In this document: positions 39,350-50,310 of the stretch, in pieces
Layout of the letters: each line of letters starts with the position of its first letter
How positions within the stretch are numbered: the first letter of the stretch is position 1
Source: Vicugna vicugna
Lineage: Eukaryota
Direction: 5' to 3'
DNA: 62,715 nucleotides
NCBI GenBank assembly: GCA_013265495.1
Contig: MU058796.1
Location: forward strand, 558,001-620,715
Translations under genes and position numbers: made by a program
Notes under the pieces: generated by a model
What the model was told of the DNA's origin: nothing
Seen by the model: the letters and a program-made list of their open reading frames with translations, nothing else
Database searches by the model: none

Positions 39350-41911
39350 GTAAGTGGAAACACTTAGGGGCTCTGCTTGCTTGTTCTTTGATTTGAAAAT
39401 AATACAGATAGTAGAGAAGATTGTAAGTTACAGCTGGCATATTATTGATAGCATCATGTTTTAATAATAAGTTAATTGTAATTCATGTCAGGAAATTCAG
39501 GCTTTACATATAAAAGATGTCCATACCACCCATCTTTTGAATCTCAATTTGGGAATGTTGTAAACTAGATACTTATGTTAAGATTTCTCCTTTGGAGGCT
39601 ACCAAGATGCTTTGTGCAAAGGGTATGCAAGATAAAGAAAATACTAAATAAATATTGCTCTTTGCTCAATAAAAGCAATGTAGTGGTTCAAAATGAAATT
39701 GAATATTAGGATAAATGACCTAAATTTTAAAAGCACAAGATATGCCCAAAAAGTTAATATTAATGTTGCCTTTTGAGTAATTTTGGAAAGATCTTAAAAC
39801 CCAGTCATTTAATATCGCCCATCTAATTATTTTGTCCTTACTTAATGTTAAGTGGAGTCAGCAAAAATAATTCAGAAATTAAGCTGAACATTTTTAATCT
39901 AGTGCGAAAAGATATAAACCTAAGAGAATAGCTTAGCTGCCATTTAAGTTTAAAATGTCCATGCCTTTCCCTAGGTATCATCCTTTCCCTGTCTGCATGT
40001 CTAATGTGGTCTTTTTATTCTGTCATTACTAGCTGGTCACTAAATTGAACAGAGAAATAGAATTGCAAAAGTGAAAACTATTATGTTTTCAGTCCTGACA
40101 AGATGATAGTGTTGTTACTTCCATCAGTTTTGAATAAGCTATAATTTTGAGATAATGACAGTGGAATGTGCAATACTGACAGATAATGTATATTCACAGC
40201 AATATAGACATTAGGCAAAACCAACACCAGAGGGCATTTGGATATGATACCATTTTGATTGCCATTATCTTGGTTATATAGCATTTCAGAGCAGTTAATA
40301 GCCATTAAATGCGCAGAAATGTTTTGTGAGGTATGATGCATTATTTGATAACACTGAACTTTATTTAACTTTCTAAACATTATACAAGTATAACCTTATA
40401 ATTACTTTGTTTTTTTATTTTTTACATAAATGAGTATTTTGTATACATGCATATAATCATTTCTGTACAGGTATATATAACCTTGTAATTTGGTTTTTTT
40501 TTACATAGATGAGCATTTTATATACATGCAGATGATCACATATTCATAATTTCTGTCATATGGCTCTGACAAAGCATAAACTTAGCAGAAAAAAGATGAG
40601 GTCATCATTTCCTCATAGAGTTTGTATGTTAACTGAATGGAGATTTTGCTGTATTTTTTAGTTAACAATTACATTTTCGAGTCCTTGTGTTGTGCTGCTT
40701 TTGAACAAATTCTCCTTTGTCTTGGATGTGTCCTGTTGGGTGCTGCCAGGATGAATTGTTAAGAATATGATACAAGATGATTTAGTTAAAATCATGGTTC
40801 TCACTGCTTGAGTGAGCATATTTAGGCAAAGAAAATGCTTTGAAAGTTCAGCCCCATTGTTATTTGTTCTGATAGGTGTAATTAAATAAAGCTAAGAGGA
40901 TGAAAATGCAAGGGCACTTAGATTTAAAAGGTCATCTAGTGACTTTAATTCCCTAATTTCCCGAGGAATAAGCAACAGAGTTACGGTCTCTGCAAGCAGA
41001 TGCCGAGCACAGAACTGTGAGAGGTTGGGGAAAAGCCTTGGAGGGTTTTTTGTGACCTATTAAAAATTTTGTTTTTTCTTATGCAACTTTTCCTTCTTCT
41101 GTCTTCTAATTTCAAAGTGTGGCTCTCAGTCACCACAAAGCATTGGCATGTTTATACACCAGCAGAGCCGCATGGAATCCAGCACTGTCCCCACCCTCCT
41201 CCCAGGTCCTGACCCCCTCTCTGGGTGGGGCTGCGTTATTTAACAGTTGTTTGGGCTTCACATTTTTAAAGTTTAAACTTTCTTTTCAGCCCAACAACTT
41301 TTCTATCTATTCATATATCCAAGCTTCAGGGGAAAAGGGAAATTACATGAGTAACTCATTAATGTGAATGGAAATTGCATAAATAGTTCCCTCGTGTGCT
41401 AATGAAGTGAACGGGCGTCTTACACTCTCCCCACTAAGTGGTAGAGCTAGACACATCAGAAAATGAAGAAAACATTCCATCCTAATTAATGGCATGTGTA
41501 TCAAAGGACTTTTTTTCTTTATTCTTGTGCCAAAGTAGCCTCGTCATTATAAAGAGGTTACCCGCAAAGCTATGCAATCCCGTAAAAGACGTTTACGTGC
41601 TGACCTACCTAAGAGGACACGAAGCATATAAAACTTAAATGACTGAATTACGAGTGGTTAAATGTAATTAAACAAGAAAAATACTTGATTTTGTATCCCA
41701 TTTTCTTAGCATGAAGTAGAAAATGGGGGTTACTGAGGATATAGCTAGAATAAGGCTTTTAAAATATTACCATTAGATTAGGTAATAACATTTGCATAAT
41801 AATAGCAACAGGATAGAAAGCATTTCTATATATTATGTCACATTTTAAGATCCTACTAGCCAGTCTAGTGATCAGAGGTGTTTTTCTGATTACCATTTCA
41901 GCTTTTTTTTG

Positions 41912-41955
<44 letters not shown>
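41912..41955. repeat. Compound (GT)n(AT)n microsatellite
   Basis: Seen directly. Confidence 0.95.
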
Positions 41956-41958
<3 letters not shown>

Positions 41959-42135
41959 ATTGAAGTATAGTCAGTTTACAATGTGTCACTTTGTGATGCA
42001 CAGCACAGTGCTTCAGTCACAACATGAACATACATATATTCGTTTTCATACTACTTTTCACCATAAGTTAGTACAAGGTATTGAATATAGCTCTCTGTGC
42101 TGTACAGCATGAACTCGTTACCTATTTTATACACA
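41956..42135 (-). mobile_element. 5'-truncated artiodactyl/camelid-type L1 3' end, antisense
   Basis: ttttattgaagtatagtcagtttacaatg...attgaatatagctctctgtgctgtacag; adjoins a (TG)n(TA)n tract at its tail. Confidence 0.75.
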
Positions 42136-42284
42136 TTAGTTCAGCAGTTTCAGTTGAACTCAATTTTGCAGTCTCCACGGAGAAGTGTCAGTGGAACTTC
42201 TTCGGTGTCTCCACTGCTCATTTAATTAGAGCAGAAGCGGGTATGTTTATATTAATCCCTTGGCTTCGTGGTTGTTCAACGCAG

Positions 42285-42413
42285 GTACGGAAAGAATATG
42301 GCAAGTGCTTCCGACACTCATACTGCTGCGGCGGCCTCCCAACCGAGAGCCCACACAGCTCCGTGAAGGCATCCACCACCAGAACCAGCGCGCGGTACTC
42401 CTCTGGCACCCAG
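42285..42413 (+). CDS. ADGRL2: C-tail exon (VRKEYGKC...RYSSGTQ), 129 nt
   Basis: cgcag| acceptor and CAG|gtaacc donor; phase 0-0. Confidence 0.96.
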
Positions 42414-42961
42414 GTAACCAGGACTCTGACAGCATCTTTAATTAACCTTCTTTATGGAAAGCCTTCCGAGACATGTGCTGCTCAGATGCACTAATTGTCT
42501 CCTCATTATAATGATCTAGGTAGCAGACGCTTGCCTGCTTAGTGTTTCGGTTTTAATTTCTTCTTAAGTATTTCTTCAAGGTGTTTCTTTAGGTGTCAAG
42601 TCCTTTTGTGAGAGGTGCACTTCTTTAAGAAGCATGTCGTGATCATTTGGTGTCCTAAGCTCACGTAGCGCAGGGCGCAGTGGGCATTCGGTAAACATCT
42701 GTTGGATGATCCATCATCTCCACTTTTAAAAAAGACAATAAATGAAAACTTTTTTAAAGATTGGAAGATTAAAGTCTCCTTAGTAGAGAAGCAGCAGAGC
42801 AGTGTAGACTTGCTTGGTTTTAGGCCAGAATCAACACATTTTTTTAAAAGGTCAAGAGATAATCCTACACAGAATATTTAGGGTAAATCTTTTGTGTCGT
42901 TAATGTAAGGTAAGCGTGGGAAAACTAACATAACGTCTGTCTTGCTATTTTATGTTAATAG

Positions 42962-43058
42962 AGTCGTATAAGAAGGATGTGGAATGACACTGTGAGAAAA
43001 CAATCTGAATCTTCTTTTATCTCAGGTGACATCAATAGCACTTCAACACTTAATCAAG
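42962..43058 (+). CDS. ADGRL2: C-tail exon ([14 protein letters not shown]...STLNQ), 97 nt
   Basis: aatag| acceptor and AAG|gtcagt donor; phase 0-1. Confidence 0.96.
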
Positions 43059-44778
43059 GTCAGTTACTAGGAAAATTCGACTTTACAATATAAATTTTGT
43101 TCCTTTTGCCAATTTGCAATAATTCCAGAGAAAATGCTGAATTTTTCTCTCAAATGGGTTTATATCACAAACTCTTAAACCTGTTGAGTCATCTTTTGTC
43201 CTTTGTTAAAGTACATACAAATTCTTTTTATTCCATAATGTAATGCAAAAAGTATGATTTTTAAATTTCACATTAACAGAGTAAGGCTGGGAAAAGTAAT
43301 TACTGAGAGCATACTTTACCACAGATTAAAATGTTTTCCAAGTGAGTACAAATTTATCCTTTCCAAATGAGACATTTTATGAAAGTTTTCTCCTTAAAAC
43401 ATTAATATAATTAGAATAACTACTATTCACATTAAACAGTGCCAGTTTTGCAGTGAAAGTTCTTATTAGCAAAATTCTTCTATTTTACATTTCTTTCAAA
43501 AGTAAATGTCAAAAACATTTATAGTAACTCTTCATAAGCAAATAATTAAAATACATGAGAATTTACAAAGTAACTTGTTATATTTGAATTATTTTTTAAT
43601 GTACATATAATTACAGCCTTAAACTTATCACATGATCAGTGTAATTTATACTTAAAATAAGATGCCAAATAAAATAATTTAGCAAGAGAAGGGCACAAGT
43701 GCATGTGTACACATGTATTCCTGAGTACAAGCTTAGTAAATTTCAGTTTGGTGTGAAAAAATATCGAATATTATTACATATATTCTTGGAAAGGTAATTT
43801 ATCCAGGTAATTTCAGTTTTGACGTACTGAGTTGTAATATAGTATAACATGGTATATTTTATCACAATGAGATATAAAAGACATTTTTCATTGTTGACAT
43901 TGTTCTAATGAGATTCTGGTTTACAATTGAAAAAAAAGAGCATTTATGACATCAAAACCAACTTGAATTTTAAAATATTTTTAGTCAAATTACATTAGCT
44001 ATGCAAAGCATATGTTTGATAAGTATTGAAAGGTTTGTAATTTGTCAATTAGAATGAGTGAAATGTGTGTTTATTCCATTGCTCTGTTGTTTTACCTAAT
44101 TCTGTTAAGATGACTATCAAAAAGGAAATGAATTATTCATTGACTCATTTTTGAAACCTGGCAAATAAGATTACAGAAGGAAAATTCTTGATACATAGAA
44201 TCTGTGAATGGGCTGATAATCCATTCCCCACAGTCTCTCTTCTCCCCCAGCATGTGTGCTCGTGCGTTTACTAAGCGAAGCTTGGTGCCATGTGTCATAC
44301 TTTCTACCTGTTTGTGAAAGTTGTTTTTCCTCCTGCTTGTATCAAAGTTGTTATTAACACAGATGTTCTCGTGAGGGATCATCCCACACCTGTATATTCT
44401 GAAATTTTGAGACTCCCTCTTCTGGGCCTCAGCGGTTAGGTTTTTAATATGAAGCAGTAACGTCTTGAAACATGATGTTGCTCTCTGTGCATTTAATTGC
44501 CATTTTTGTTTAACAGGGATTCTGTATAAATTAGTAAATGTCATCCTCAGCAGGTGTTTACTTGGGGGACGTAGAAGGCACCTGTGAGTTACTGAAATTT
44601 AACTTCCCTCTCCCCTTTCTCCTTCAAATTAGTAGTTCAAATACAGTCAGAAAATTCCAGCAGATTTTTTCCACTGCCAACTTACGCACTACCCTTGATG
44701 AATACAAAAAGTACTTTGCTGCAACTGTAACAGTAAAATAATAGAACTGATGTATTTTTTTCTGTTTCTTTGCTTTAG

Positions 44779-44907
44779 GAATGACTGGCAATTACCTACT
44801 AACAAACCCTCTTCTTCGACCCCACGGCACTAACAACCCCTATAACACATTGCTCGCTGAAACAGTTGTATGTAATGCCCCTTCAGCTCCTGTATTTAAC
44901 TCACCAG
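44779..44907 (+). CDS. ADGRL2: 129-nt C-tail cassette exon ([26 protein letters not shown]...VFNSP)
   Basis: tttag| acceptor and CAG|gtgtgc donor; phase 1-1; recognisable latrophilin tail peptide. Confidence 0.93.
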
Positions 44908-45169
44908 GTGTGCTTATACTTACGAATAAAACTACCTTTCTTTGCTGCTAAACAGAGCTCTGATCTTTGCCCTTTTTCTAGAATACTCAAGTTGCCATGT
45001 ATTTATTATTACATCCTTAGTTTCTCAGTTAAAAAGGATTATGATAATTGCCCATGCCAGGCTTCTAAAACTGCACTATATTATAGTAGAACTTCAGTCA
45101 TGATAGTATTTACCAATAATTATCCATGTTTTTGACACAGGTGGCATAAATCTTAATATATTATTACAG

Positions 45170-45222
45170 GACTGACATCACATGGTCCGAGAGCCCATCT
45201 TCAAGATTTATATCATTTAGAG
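45170..45222 (+). CDS. ADGRL2: 53-nt frameshifting cassette exon (GLTSHGPRAHLQDLYHLE); alternative acceptor at 45141 gives GGINLNILLQD-stop
   Basis: tacag| acceptor at 45169, upstream cacag| at 45140, and GAG|gtatcc donor; phase 1-0. Peptides resemble recalled short LPHN2 isoform tails. Confidence 0.85.
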
Positions 45223-45758
45223 GTATCCTATCTATGTAATATACTGTTCAGTTGACTCTCAAGCTTGCTGACGGATTTCCTTCTGGCATGCATTAGCTTT
45301 AATAAAGATAATTTGGATGCCTAGGTATAGAAAACTGCATCCAGCGTCATCAATGTCATCAAACTATAGTATAGTGCAGCTTTATGGTAGTTTTTCTTTT
45401 TTCTTAAAAATCTGAGAATAAAGTTAATATTAGTCAGTTTATACCTGGAGATTTTTATTGGGGGAGGGGGAGAGATGGTCACTAACCCATCCTGTGTTTT
45501 ACTGTATTTTCTAATAGCCTTTTTTTTTTAAAAAAAAAAGCATATATGTTTAATATTAACAGAATTTTCAAGATTTTGGTGAAAGTTATTGCATAATTAC
45601 TGTTAGCATATAATCTTTATTTGTGATTGATATTTGCCGCTAAATTAAACACAGAACTTTGTTTCCTTTTTTTTTGTCCTTGAAATTCCTTTTTAACGTA
45701 ACTGCAGCTTCTCTTTTCATTCTCTTGTTTTTCTTACTTTCCTTATGCTTTCCTCTAG

Positions 45759-45776
45759 CAACCTACAGAGAGACAA
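45759..45776 (+). CDS. ADGRL2: 18-nt microexon (ATYRET), extendable to a second donor at 45810 (SMGVKLNFAYQ)
   Basis: Long pyrimidine tract plus tctag| acceptor; donors CAA|gtatgg (45777) and AAT|gtaaat (45811). Confidence 0.85.
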
Positions 45777-47530
45777 GTATGGGAGTAAAACTTAACTTTG
45801 CCTATCAAATGTAAATTTTTTCAGCATGATTTTTAACCGGCACAATTAAAACATAACTAGCAGTCATGAAGTAGACTCAGCGGGCAAGTGGTTCACAATT
45901 TGCAACTCACATGTTACCAAATTCAAACAGTACATCTGTCTGTACTGCCTTTTGTCAGTAATAGAGGTCTGTAGCAAATGCTGTCCATACTTAAGTACAT
46001 GCAATGCTGAAATAATTTGCTCTTTAAAGCCTGAGATACTGTCAACCAGAATGCTTAATAATTGACTTATCATTTCTGCATTCCCACAGTAATCTTGCTA
46101 CAGGCTGTGGAAAGTCTTCAGTGAATTACCTGAACTTGGGCAGAAAAAGTTGCCTCTTCAAAACCAGCCAAAGATGTGCTTAAATCTGCAGTGTATCATA
46201 GAAAACACCTTTTGGATTATCCAGTATATATCTTTAAATTTATTAAGCAGTGGTAAAAAGAAAGACAAATGACAAGATGGAACCTCTACAGAGGAAACAA
46301 ATGCTGTCAGCTGATCCCTGTGTCACTTACAATTTAAAACAGCAGATGTTTTCTAGCAGCAGATCTTTATAAAGATTGTGGCACGCATGAATTCATAAAG
46401 CTAGCAAACGTGTCAACCAAGCTAAACGAAGCCTTGTAAATAATTATCATAGCTTCATTCTGTTATACGTGGAGCATGGTACAAATTGAGTTGTCAGTTT
46501 TTCAAATGTAGAAGTTGGATCAGAATTTTTTACATGACATGAGTCAGTAAGTCTGATCCCTTCTGTTTTCTCCTCATAGCAATTTATTGAGCAATTGCTA
46601 ATCTGCTAATGACAATTTATTGAGCAATTATTAGATACTTATTGGTCATGAAATTGAGTTTTCTAGGATAATCTGCAGCTTTAAGAGTGGAGTGAGCACT
46701 AAAAAGAGAAATTTCCTATTTTTTCGAGAGTTAATTTTTTTTCTAAACTCCTCCAAGCCTTGCATACAATGCAGCAGCCTCACAGTGGTCAGTTTCATTT
46801 CAATAACATCATTTCATTCTTTTTTTTTCAGACCTATCTGTAGACAAGTGATTTATTTTTCTCTAGGATTTTGAGAATGAATAACCTAACTTTCCATGGT
46901 ACAGACCATTTAATTTTCTCTAAAACTTTTTTTTTCATCTGCCTGAGAAGCACTGTGATGTCTTAGTTTACATGTTTATGTGTCTGTAGAAAAAAATACA
47001 ACTCTGATTCAAAGAGAGCATGTTACCATATTTTTTTTCTTCCTAAACCTCTTTTCATATCTTCAGCAGACGTATCCAATCCTTCATTCCTTTAGAGATA
47101 AAAATATATTAGCTGAGGCTGACACCCTTTTCCCATTCCACAGTTAATATTTATTCTTGGTTTAATTTCTGTGACCCATGCTTAAGAAATCTCCTGACAT
47201 TTCTGCGTTTAACCTCCATGCCCATGGTGTCTGTGGGCCAGTCTCGTACAGCAGACTCTGCTGGTTCATTCGGTGCTGTCACTGTGACTGATGCAGACTG
47301 CACGGCTGCAGGCAGACTTTGACCATTAGGAGCCTGGGGCCATTGCTATTACAGTATTATCAGTACCAAAACAAAAAGTTCAAAATAATAAGAAATATTC
47401 AATGAAAAAGTAAAAGGCTGCTATTGCTGGTAATCTAATTTGTTGAACCCTTGCTCTGACTAAGTTGCTGAGAAGCTTAAAATTCTTCATCATGTTACAA
47501 TAAATCATTTTACTTTCTTTTATATATCAG

Positions 47531-47554
47531 CTACTCTTAGGCCAGATAGCCTGA
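47531..47554 (+). CDS. ADGRL2: Alternative stop-containing exon (LLLGQIA-stop in phase 0)
   Basis: atcag| acceptor; CTACTCTTAGGCCAGATAGCCTGA; two GTGAGT donors follow at 47570 and 47584. Matches the recalled short isoform ending HLELLLGQIA. Confidence 0.8.
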   Translation, partial: LLLGQIA

Positions 47555-48275
47555 GCAGACAGACATGATGTGAGTTGTCCAAAGTGAGTCATTCCACCTG
47601 CTGTCTGTCGTGTTGTTGGATGGTGCTTGTGGGCCCCTGGTCCCGTCAGTGTGAGAGATGGCTGTCTTTGTTTAACATGAATTCTCTGTGTCTGTCCATT
47701 TTTTTTCATTCTTTTTTTACTTCATCTCCAGAAAAAGGAAATGTTAGAATGTTGTTTAAAGAGTTGCTTGCCAGTTACGTGGGTTTCTGTTGTACATTTG
47801 CCTTCGGTTTTTGTATGTGCCGTATTCCTTTTTAATTTAGTGTTGTTTAGGACAAATTCTGTTAATTTTATTTTTACAAACCATAGTCTTGTACTTTAAA
47901 ATGTAACATCACGAATGAATTGCTTTGCATTAACTATGCAAGGGCATGGAGTGAAGCCTTCTTTGTAAGAGTGTCAGAGATCTGACCCAAAATCCACGAG
48001 TCACTGCTGTCTCCCCGAAATTGGTAAAGCGCCATTCTGTGTGCCATCCTCCCTCCCTAGAAAACAGTGTTATTCTTTCACGCTTGTTCCTGTTATCTGA
48101 GGGGTGCAACTGTTGACAGACAGTTGGGAATGCAGGAAAGCCCGGCACTTTCCAAGTGTTAGCTTTCAAATGCAACTTTGTCCTGAACGACATTAAAACG
48201 TTTCTGTACGAAAGAAGTGAAGCTCCTCCCGGAGGGAACAGAGGCAGTAACGGAGGCCCTCCCTTTCTGTTTCAG

Positions 48276-49030
48276 GACATTCACTGAACAATGCCAGGGA
48301 TACAAGTGCCATGGATACTCTACCGCTAAATGGTAACTTTAACAACAGCTACTCACTGCGCAAGGGGGACTATAATGACAGCGTGCAGGTCGTGGACTGT
48401 GGACTAAGTCTGAATGATACGGCTTTTGAGAAGATGATCATCTCAGAATTAGTGCACAACAACCTGCGGGGCGGCAGCAAGGCTCACAACCTGGAGCTCA
48501 CACTACCCGTCAAACCTGTGATCGGAGGGAGCAGCAGCGAAGACGACGCTATTGTGGCCGACGCCTCGTCTTTGATGCACGGCGACCACCCCGGGCTGGA
48601 GCCCCACCACAAGGAGCTCGAGGCCCCGCTCATCCCTCAGCGGACTCACTCCCTCCTGTACCAACCCCAGAAGAAAGCCAAGCCCGAGGGGACTGACAGC
48701 TACGTCTCCCAGCTGACGGCCGAGGCCGAGGACCACCTCCAGTCCCCCAACAGAGACTCTCTCTACACGAGCATGCCCAACCTCAGAGACTCCCCCTATC
48801 AGGAGAGCAGCCCCGACATGGAAGAAGACCTGTCTCCGTCCAGGAGGAGTGAGAACGAGGACATTTACTACAAGAGCATGCCGAACCTGGGAGCCGGCCA
48901 TCGGCTCCAGATGTGCTACCAGATCAGCAGGGGCAACAGCGATGGCTACATCATCCCCATCAACAAAGAAGGGTGCATCCCGGAGGGAGACGTGAGGGAA
49001 GGACAGATGCAGCTGGTGACAAGCCTTTAA
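48276..49030 (+). CDS. ADGRL2: Terminal coding exon ([20 protein letters not shown]...[12 protein letters not shown]), class I PDZ-binding motif
   Basis: ttcag| acceptor, phase 1; contains ORF 48311..49030; TAA at 49028-49030. Confidence 0.98.
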
Positions 49031-50310
49031 CCGTGCAGCCGAGGAGCTCCCAGGGCCCCGCGCAAGCGCTGCCGGAGAAGGACCCGCCGGCCCGCCGCAG
49101 CTCCCCGCAGACTCTGCTCGAAGACGTGGCCCTGTTGACCTGTGGTTCTCCAGTGTAAGAAAGATGACTGAACCTTGCCGTTCTGTGAATTTTTATAAAA
49201 CAGACAAAAACTTTGTATATACACAGAGTATACTAAAATGAATTATTTGTTACAAAGAAAAGACATGCCAACCAGGTATTTTAAGATTCTGCTGCTGTTT
49301 AGAGAAATTGTGAGACAAGCAAAACAGAAACTATCCAGCCATGTTACCGCAGCAGTTTGTGAACTAAATTTGTAAATATGGCTGCACCATTTTTGTAGGC
49401 CTGCATTGTATTATATACAAGACGTAGGCTTTAAAATCCTGTGGGACAAATTTACTGTACCTTACTGTTCCTGACGAGACTTGGAAAAGCAGGAGAGAGA
49501 TTCTGCATCAGTTTGCAGTTTACTGCAAACCTTTTACATTAAGGCAAAGATTGAAAACATGTTTAACCACTAGCAATCAAGCCACAGGCCTTATTTCATA
49601 TGTTTCCTCAACTGTACAATGAACTATTCTCATGAAAAATGGCTAAAGAAATTATATTTTGTTCTATTGCTAGGGTAAAATAAATACATTTGTGTCCAAC
49701 TGAAATATAATTGTCGTTAAAATAATTTTAAAGCGTTTGAAGAAAATATTGTGAAAAGCTCTTGGTTGCACATATGTTATGAAATGTTTTTTTCCTACAC
49801 TTTGTCATGGTAAGTTCTACCCATTTTCACTTATTTCCCACTGTATACAGTGTTCTGCTTTGACAAGTTAGTCCTTATTCTTACATTTAAATTTCTTATT
49901 GCCAAAAGAACGTGTTTTATGGGGAAAAAACTCTGAAGCCAGTTATGCCATGCCTTGCACAAGTGTGGTGAGATCTAGAAAAGGTTGCGTGTCACCCCCC
50001 TGTTTGTTCTTGAACAGGGGCAGAGGGGGCACTGGGCACTTCTCACAAACTTCCTGGAGAACAAAAGGTGCCTATTCTTTTTTAAAAAATAAAGTGAAAC
50101 ATAAATGTTACTCTTCCATATTCCTTCTGCCTATATTTAGTAATTAATTTATTTTATGATAAAGTTCTAATGAAATGTAAATTGTTTCAGCAAAATTCTG
50201 CTCTTCTTTTCATCCCTTTGTGTAAACCTGTTAATAATGAGCCCATCACTAATATCCAGTGTAAAGTTTAACACGGTTTGACAGTAAATAAATGTGAATT
50301 TTTTCAAGTA
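49031..50310 (+). other. ADGRL2: 3'UTR of ADGRL2 (end approximate)
   Basis: AU-rich, repeat-free sequence after the stop. AATAAA at 49679, 50088 and 50287. The end is inferred about 20 nt past the last signal. Confidence 0.8.
50287..50292 (+). promoter_or_regulatory. Likely main polyadenylation signal AATAAA
   Basis: Canonical hexamer with upstream TGTA elements and U/GU-rich sequence downstream. Confidence 0.7.

Larger units (their letters stand above)
1835..50310 (+). other. ADGRL2: ADGRL2 (latrophilin-2) gene, 5'-truncated by the window edge
   Basis: A chain of GT-AG exons with matching phases encodes OLF, HormR, GAIN/GPS ([13 protein letters not shown]), 7TM and a tail ending QLVTSL. 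The peptides match latrophilin-2 as I recall it, rather than LPHN1 or LPHN3. Confidence 0.97.

Noticed and set aside
48503..49224. Antisense and off-frame ORFs over the last exon (132, 81 and 65 aa)
   Set aside because: These are expected by-products of high GC content and codon bias, with no independent coding evidence.
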